Shown here one piece after another: positions 56,430-64,000 of a stretch of 64,000 bases of DNA. The first letter of the stretch is position 1. Each line of letters begins with the position of its first letter. The stretch covers positions 15,810,001 through 15,874,000 of the forward strand of contig CM022668.1 in the NCBI GenBank assembly GCA_012295275.1, in the 5' to 3' direction. The DNA is from Chrysomallon squamiferum (lineage: Eukaryota > Animalia > Mollusca). The notes beneath the pieces were generated by a model, which saw nothing but the letters and a program-made list of their open reading frames with translations, had not been told where the DNA came from and did not search any database. The position numbers were made by a program, and so were the translations under genes.

Positions 56430-57121
56430 GACTGTTTTAATGTAACAAGGTTTTTTTTTTTTCATTTCACTAATCCGACTCTTAAACTGTAATAGTTTTG
56501 TCATTTTATGTTAGATGTTATTGTAGAGCCATAAGGATTTTTTTATTGTTTTGATAATAATGAATATAATATCATAGATGGCTTTTTGGTAGGAAAATTA
56601 TATTTTTATGGCAGAAAAACAAAAAAGTATTAGTTTTATTGTTTTGGTATAATGAACAGATAGATATCTGAATTTTATTGGACTTGTCATATATGTTGAT
56701 ATAATGACTACAGAATAGGTGTTCTTTTGATAGATATATCACAGTTTCTCAGGTATAAATATATTAATTTTATTGTTTCAGTATGATGAAGACATTACAG
56801 ACATCTGAATATAACTGGCATTGTGATTAAAGTAAATAGCAAACAGATTTATAAAAGTGTTAGTTGCTTGTTTTGAAGCGTAATAAACATATTATGTATA
56901 AATGTAACAGGCATTTTTGTAACTTTATTTTTTTATTTTTTATTTTTTGTTATTATTTTTATTATTATTATTGTTATTATTTTATTATTATATTATTATT
57001 ATTATTATTATTTATTGTTATTTATTATATTGTTATTTATTATATTATTATTATTATTATTTATTATTATTATTATTATTATTTAGTATATTAATTATTA
57101 TTATTAATTATTATTATCATT

Positions 57122-57168
<47 letters not shown>

Positions 57169-57415
57169 TTTGTATAAATGTTACAGGTATGTTACACACA
57201 TGGGTGTAACAATCTGTGTGTGTTATCTACGAATGTAATAATAGCTTTTATTGTTCATCGCACACAACAGCAGCAGCACGGACAGATTTTTTTTTTTTTA
57301 CCAATCTGACATCTCGCACAAAGAAACAAACCGCACAGTAAATCAGCCAGTAAACAAGACGTAGAAACAAAATCCACAATGACTAATCTGTGACACCCTC
57401 GCTGGGACCAGAAAC

Positions 57416-57460
<45 letters not shown>

Positions 57461-58251
57461 GAAACGAAATTGGGAACAGGAAAGAAAAGATTAATTTTAT
57501 TGATAGATAAAAAAAAATTTTTTTTTTTTTTTTTGCTGGATTCTAAAGAAAGGGCTGGCTGCAGATACGGGGGGGGGGTGTAGGGGGCGAGGAAGGGTGA
57601 GGAGGGGGGAGACTGAAATGCTGTCTGATTTATGAACTGCATTCTGTGGGCTGGCATTTAAATAAATAAAAGCAGCCAGAGGCAGCCGACACTGGTGTTA
57701 GATTCCTGCAGAAACCTCGCCATTAGTGCCGTCCTCCCATTTGTCACACACCCCTTTTGTTATCACAGACATTTTAGTTTTATTTAGTTATTTAATTTTT
57801 TTTTTTTTTTCTATTGAATAGAAATAATGAATTGCATCCATTTATTACAAATACCTTTTCTCGATGCCCCCTGTAATACCGATAACAATTAATCGCAAAT
57901 TCTATCCAGTAACCAATATTTTATGAAACTTTAATATTATCTGAACGTTATGCATATTGTAATTAATCTGTAATGGTACCTCTCCCCCCCCTCCCCCGGT
58001 TGTTACACATCCTGTTTGTTAAATATATTATTATTGTTGTTCAGTACAAGCCATAAGTTAATAATAGTTACATTCACGGTTCAGGCATGCTTGTTATGGG
58101 CCAGTGATATGTGGAGATAAGATGTCAGAACTTTCAATTAACTATTGACCCATTTAATAAAACGTCCATTAGTTGAAGCAAGCCTGTTCTGGCAAACCCA
58201 TTTTAATGGTTGAAGCATGCTTGTTGTGGTTTATCATCTGTTCCGTTATTA

Positions 58252-58300
<49 letters not shown>

Positions 58301-58827
58301 TTAATTATCTGGACCCTTTAAGTGCTGGCATACAGATAAAAAAAAAAAAAAAAAAAAAAAAGACAAACTGTATTAGACTCAAAGTGCTAATCTTGCTCGA
58401 GCGAGAGTTTGCACATAACAACACAAGACCCCATACCAGAAAGCAATTTGTCAGAGGTTGCTGCTTGCAAGTGGACCAAACACTTTATTAACAACACCCT
58501 GGTGGAATTCTTTGAATAGGGCAAGAAACCCGATACTCGGGGAAAACTGCGGTGCTTCCTATTAGCGGAGGGAAACTCAGCAGCAGCAGAACGTGTGTGT
58601 TTTAATGGTACCCCATTGTGCTGGAAGCTAATAGCTGTTAAACGTCGTCGTCGTGTACCTAGCAAAATGTTGATGTTGCAGACAGGACACCAGAGGGAGG
58701 CAGAGAGATAAACGAGGTTAATGGGAAGGAAAAGAAAGTGGGGAAGGTGGTGTTGTTTTTTTGTATGTTAGAGAGTTGGTGAAATCACTGAATTGTTTGT
58801 AATAGCAATAGAATAATAATAGTAATA

Positions 58828-58864
<37 letters not shown>

Positions 58865-58875
58865 TGATAATGATG

Positions 58876-58907
<32 letters not shown>

Positions 58908-59723
58908 GATAATAATAATATAATAATAGTAGTAGTAGTAATAATAATAATAATAATAGTAGTAGTAGTAATAATTAATTGGTATAATAATATAATAATA
59001 CTTTGTTTTTGGTAAATAATGATAATAATAATAATAATTGTGTTAAATTTCTACTATAATAGTAAAAGAATAATATAAACAATTAATTGGTATAATAAAA
59101 AAATAATACTTTTTTATTGTTTTTTTTGTAAATTGCAGTTGTTTTCAGTTTCTACTATAACTGAATAAAAATAACATTCAAGCTAGTTTTGTATATAATA
59201 AAACTTTTTTATTTATTTCTTATTTTATTATTATTATTATTAATTTTTTTTAAAAATAATTGTATTAATTATTCTTCTTCTATATAAAGATTATAATTAG
59301 TTTCATAACAGTAATAATGATCCAGATTAATAATCATAATTCTAAATAAAACTACAGTTGATGTCTTTTTTTTTTTTCTTTTTTTTTTTTATAATAATAA
59401 TGTTAATACTGTACTTCAGTACAAAACCTAACTGTTAAATAATAATACCATTTGTGACTGTACACAGCATAATAATACATTTTAAAATGTACCAGTAATT
59501 AGTTTGTATCAATTAGTTTGAGTAATCGGTAAATAATGCGCTAACACAAATTAACATTTACAATAATAGTTAAACTGTTTCTTATCTAGTAGCGATCTAA
59601 TCAAATATTAACATTTTTTTTTGAAATATAACAATCAGTTAGCTGTTATGTAGACCAGATTTGTATTAAACTTAATAAATAATAATTGTATTCAGTATAA
59701 ATGTGTCTGTGTGTATATATATC

Positions 59724-59826
<103 letters not shown>

Positions 59827-60214
59827 ACACACTCACACACACACACACTCACACACACACACACACGTATAAATGTTATAACTATGGCTTTTCACAAAGG
59901 ATAGGAAATATGTAAGAATCTCAGAAGATAAATTTATAAAAATTTTAAAATGGAATCATTAATTTATGATAACAATTAGCACATGAATAATTTTAAATTA
60001 AAATAATAAAAAAAAAAAATTAAAATAAATTATAAAGTAATAATAAGTGATATAATCCCAGTACCACTTAGAATGGTATTTCATAGTAACTACACTAATA
60101 CCAAAACCTTAACCCCAAGACAGCCATCTTTGTTATTTAGCAGTTATTCAATACTTTAACCCCAGCTCTACCTAGAAGTAGTATTTGTAATTTACTTAAC
60201 AAAACTAATACCAT

Positions 60215-60652
60215 AACCCCTGCTCCACCAAAACTGTTATTTCACAATAACTCCAGCAAGACTAGATACTTAACCCCTGCTCCACCAACACTGTTATTTC
60301 ACAGTAACTCCAGCAAGACCAGATTCTTAACCTCTGTTCCACCAAAACTGTTATTTCACAGTAACTCCAGCAAGACTAGATTCTTAACCCCTGCTCCACC
60401 AAAACTGTTATTTCACAGTAACTGCAGGTAGACCAGATACTTAACCCCTGATCAACGAAAAAGCTATTATTTCAAAGTAACTGCAGCAAGACCAGATACT
60501 TAACCCCTGCTCCACCAATACTGTTATTTCACAGTAACTGCAGCAAGACCAGATACTTAACCCCTGCTCCACCAGTACTGTTATTTCACAGTAACTGCAG
60601 CAAGACCAGATACTTAACCCCTGCTCCACCAGTACTGGTGTATTTCAGTAAC
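60215..60652. repeat. 57-bp minisatellite, ~7.5 copies, with decayed copies leftward to ~60050
   Basis: TTAACCCCTGCTCCACC...ACTGTTATTTCACAGTAACT...CAGCAAGAC recurs at ~57-bp spacing. Confidence 0.93.
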
Positions 60653-60791
60653 TAGTGCAGATCTGTGGAGATGTTTGTAATCAGAATGAACTTGAGAGTG
60701 AAATTTGAACCAGGATGTGTCACCAGTAAGACCAGGATATCAATTAACATGTCTCAGTTTGTATTTTATATTAATCCTTTCAAAATGCATG

Positions 60792-60838
<47 letters not shown>

Positions 60839-61728
60839 CAATAATGAACAATAATAATTTGAACCAATGATAATAATGGTAAGACCATGGATGATATCAA
60901 TGATAATGATAATGTCTCAGTGTGTATTTTATATTAATCCTTTCAAAATGCATGATAATAATAATAAGCTGATAATAATAATAATAATAAGAATAATAAT
61001 AATAATAATAATAATAATTATAATAATAATTATAATAATGTTATCAATGATAATGATACTAGTAACAGTAGAAGTAGTGTTAGTAGGAATTGTATTAGAA
61101 TTGTTCTAGTAATAGTCATTTTTGTAGCTGTAGTAATAGTAGTAGTGGTAGTAATAGCAGTAGTGGTAGTAATAGCAGTAGTAATAATAAAACTAATAAT
61201 CACAGTAATAATGATCATAATAACAACATCATTTAATCATCATCGTCATTACTGTGAGTCTGCTGTTGACAATTAAATGGTTTAAGCATGTCTGTCGTGG
61301 GACATCATATCTGACAATCATTTTGTCTGGTTATTTTATTGCCTGCAGTAAAATTACTGAAGGTTTAATACAAGAGAGTTTAACATAATGAAAACAAATT
61401 GTTCTGTTGACCTCTGACATTTATGTTTGATTGGCAGGTGTCACCAAATTGTCAGCCTCATTATGAGTTTATGAGCCTCATTATGGCATCATCATCCTGT
61501 CTGTGACAGAATAATGAAGTGTGCATTATTTTTAATTAGGGGCAAGTGGTGAATTCCGTGTCGTATTCTTAACAATGTTTTTGACACATTCACACGCACG
61601 AAGTGTTTCCTTCGCATTCTGCATTGTTCTTGTGTCACAGTGTTGTATAAGAATGAACAGGATTTGTCTGTGTGTGTGTGTGTGTGTGTGTCTGTGTGTC
61701 TGTGTGTGTGTGTGTGTCTGTGTGTGTC

Positions 61729-61764
<36 letters not shown>

Positions 61765-61783
61765 TCTGTGTGTGTGTTTGTGT

Positions 61784-61830
<47 letters not shown>

Positions 61831-62579
61831 TCTGTGTATGTGTGTGTGTGTCTGCCTGTGTGTGTGTCTGTGTGTCTGTGTGTTTGTCTGTGTGTGTGTC
61901 TGTGTGTGTGTGTGTGTGTCTGTGTGTGTGTGTGTGTGTTTCTGTGACAGCATCTTCATAATTTTATGGCAGCTGTTCCTAACACCACAGAAATTCATGA
62001 AGGTATAAGTATGCCTTACATGGACACATGCTCCGACTTCTGCAATAGCAAGAATGTGGCAATAAATGTGCATAATTCAGTGGTAAAACTGCTTTGATGA
62101 AAAGTTTATATATTTATATAAACACACACACACACACACACACACACAATCAAAGAGAAAGAAAGAGGGAAAGAGAGAGAGAAAAAAAATATATATATAA
62201 TTCATGTATGTATGTATATAGATATATATATATATATATATTGTTCTGTAGATGAGTTTGTATTTCAGACATGACATTTGGTAGAATTATTGTTTGCCAA
62301 ACAAAAAAAAAAAAAAAAATTGTTAACCTTTGCAAAAAACTGCAGTATGAAAATCTAATACAGGTTGGATGCAGGATAACATGTTTGTTATCATCTCACC
62401 GCAGTGCAAAAACTCTTCAGTGCATGAGTACTGTTTTCTATAATGTGTTAGTACAGTTTTCTTTTAATATAAGACAAATATGCACTGCCTATTTTCTTAT
62501 CTTCTGTAAATATTTTTAAATCTTTTTGTGTGTGTGTGTGTGTGTGTGTTTATACACACACACAGACAGACAGACAGAT

Positions 62580-63130
62580 AGATAGATAGCCATACAGACA
62601 CATACTAATACATATAGAGATACAGGATAGATATATGCATATATAATATAGAAATAAATATATAGATATAGATATAAAGATATATATATGATAGATATAT
62701 AGATACATAGATAAAAATAGATGAATACAAATACATAAACAGATATAGAAATACTATAAAATACAGATACAGATACATATGTAAAGAGATAGACAAAGAG
62801 ATATATAAAGAGATAGATATTGATACATACATAAACAGAAAACTATAAATACAGATACAGATATAAATATACAGATCAATATAGATAAATACAGATATAG
62901 ATATAAATATATAGATAAATATAGATATAAATATAGATATATATATATAGATATAGATATAGATATAGATGTAGACAGATATAAATACAGATATAGATAT
63001 ATAGATATAGATTTAAATATAGATATGTAGATATATAGATATATAGATATAGATATAATACAGATATAATATATAGATATAGATATAGATACAAATACAA
63101 ATATAGGTATAGCAAGATATAGGCAGATAT
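62580..63130. repeat. Degenerate (ATATAG)n tract
   Basis: Seen directly. Confidence 0.9.
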
Positions 63131-63456
63131 CGCCAAAACAACTAAGAAACTGGTGACATGTGACAGCTACTACTTCATCACCAGACTGCGTAATCTCGTC
63201 AAAAAAACGATGCTTAAGACTTTAAGGCCGCACCATGCCGCGGTGCTAATGCGACAACGACTCAATTAGACGAGCAACCGTCTGATCAGACACGCCCGAT
63301 CACCGCGGAGACTCAATTTGCGGGATTCGTGGCCGGTGTTTTTCGATACAGCTCAGCTTTGATGAGAGCAGTTGATTAATAGGAAACATGTCTTCAACAG
63401 TTACTCGAGTCTTTCACCGCCACGACACATCGACACAATCAATATGGCCGTGTATT

Positions 63457-63475
63457 TGTCCACCAGGGGGCGCTC
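63457..63475 (+). promoter_or_regulatory. CTCF consensus site
   Basis: TGTCCACCAGGGGGCGCTC versus consensus TGGCCACCAGGGGGCGCTA (17/19, 14-bp core exact), in a CpG-rich island. Confidence 0.75.
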
Positions 63476-64000
63476 AGCTCTCGCTGTTTGATGTATCGTT
63501 TGCTATCTGCTGGAAGGCTTATGCTGTCGAATGTGAAAGTGAATTTTTATTACTTATTTTAAAAAAATAATAAATTTTTTTTTTTTTTTTTTTGTGTTGT
63601 TGCTCTTTCTAGCCTTGTTTGAGAAAAAGAAATTTTATTGAAGGTTTGTTTTAAAAGGTATGTGAATGCAGATTTTTGTTAAAAGTTATTAGGTGTTAAA
63701 TGTGTTTAAAGATTTAACAGCTGACTGTAAGGAATAGTTTAACTGTACTGCACTGTAGACCAGAAAGTACACACCACAGTTTTTGTAAAAACAGAGCTCT
63801 GGCAGGAATTGGAAATTGTTTGAACATTCTGAACATTGTGTATAATGTAGGCTGTACTAATTCTATTACCCACTAACCCTATCCCCTACCTGTTAAAACT
63901 GGAAGTCAAAATATTTTTAATTTTGTTACTGTTATTTTTACTTTTATTTATTTTTTCACATTTTTTTAATTCAAGTCTCCATCTTGAAATAGCACTATTA

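Noticed and set aside
63345-63370. Similarity to miR-2 (CAGCTTTGATGAG)
   Set aside because: Seed ATCACAG is absent and no complementary 5' arm is visible upstream.
63873-63890. CTAACCCTA telomeric or telomerase-template-like motif
   Set aside because: Single degenerate copy with no supporting structure.

Overview
AT-rich, microsatellite-saturated eukaryotic (metazoan, probably mollusc/gastropod - inference) DNA with no protein-coding region I can support; nearly all tracked ORFs are read-throughs of microsatellites, minisatellites or tRNA antisense. Firm features: four tRNA-Ser(UGA) genes, about a dozen minisatellite arrays, many microsatellites, two decayed copies of one SINE-like repeat and a near-consensus CTCF site. 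Two larger patterns stand out. (1) The window is a chain of 300-900 bp unique-sequence islands that usually carry A/C-rich simple repeats on the left and the complementary T/G-rich repeats on the right, so AT skew flips at each island. (2) A CpG-rich domain (1 to ~23 kb) with YY1, E2F, E-box, CRE and ETS motifs gives way, at an NRF1/ETS promoter-like site (~22.7 kb), to a CpG-poor, minisatellite-rich domain with PBX/MEIS/HOX-type motifs, ending near the CTCF island. Candidate spliced non-coding exons lie at 221-350, 22.7-25.4 kb and 29.9-30.3 kb. All motif and splice calls were read by eye and are untested.
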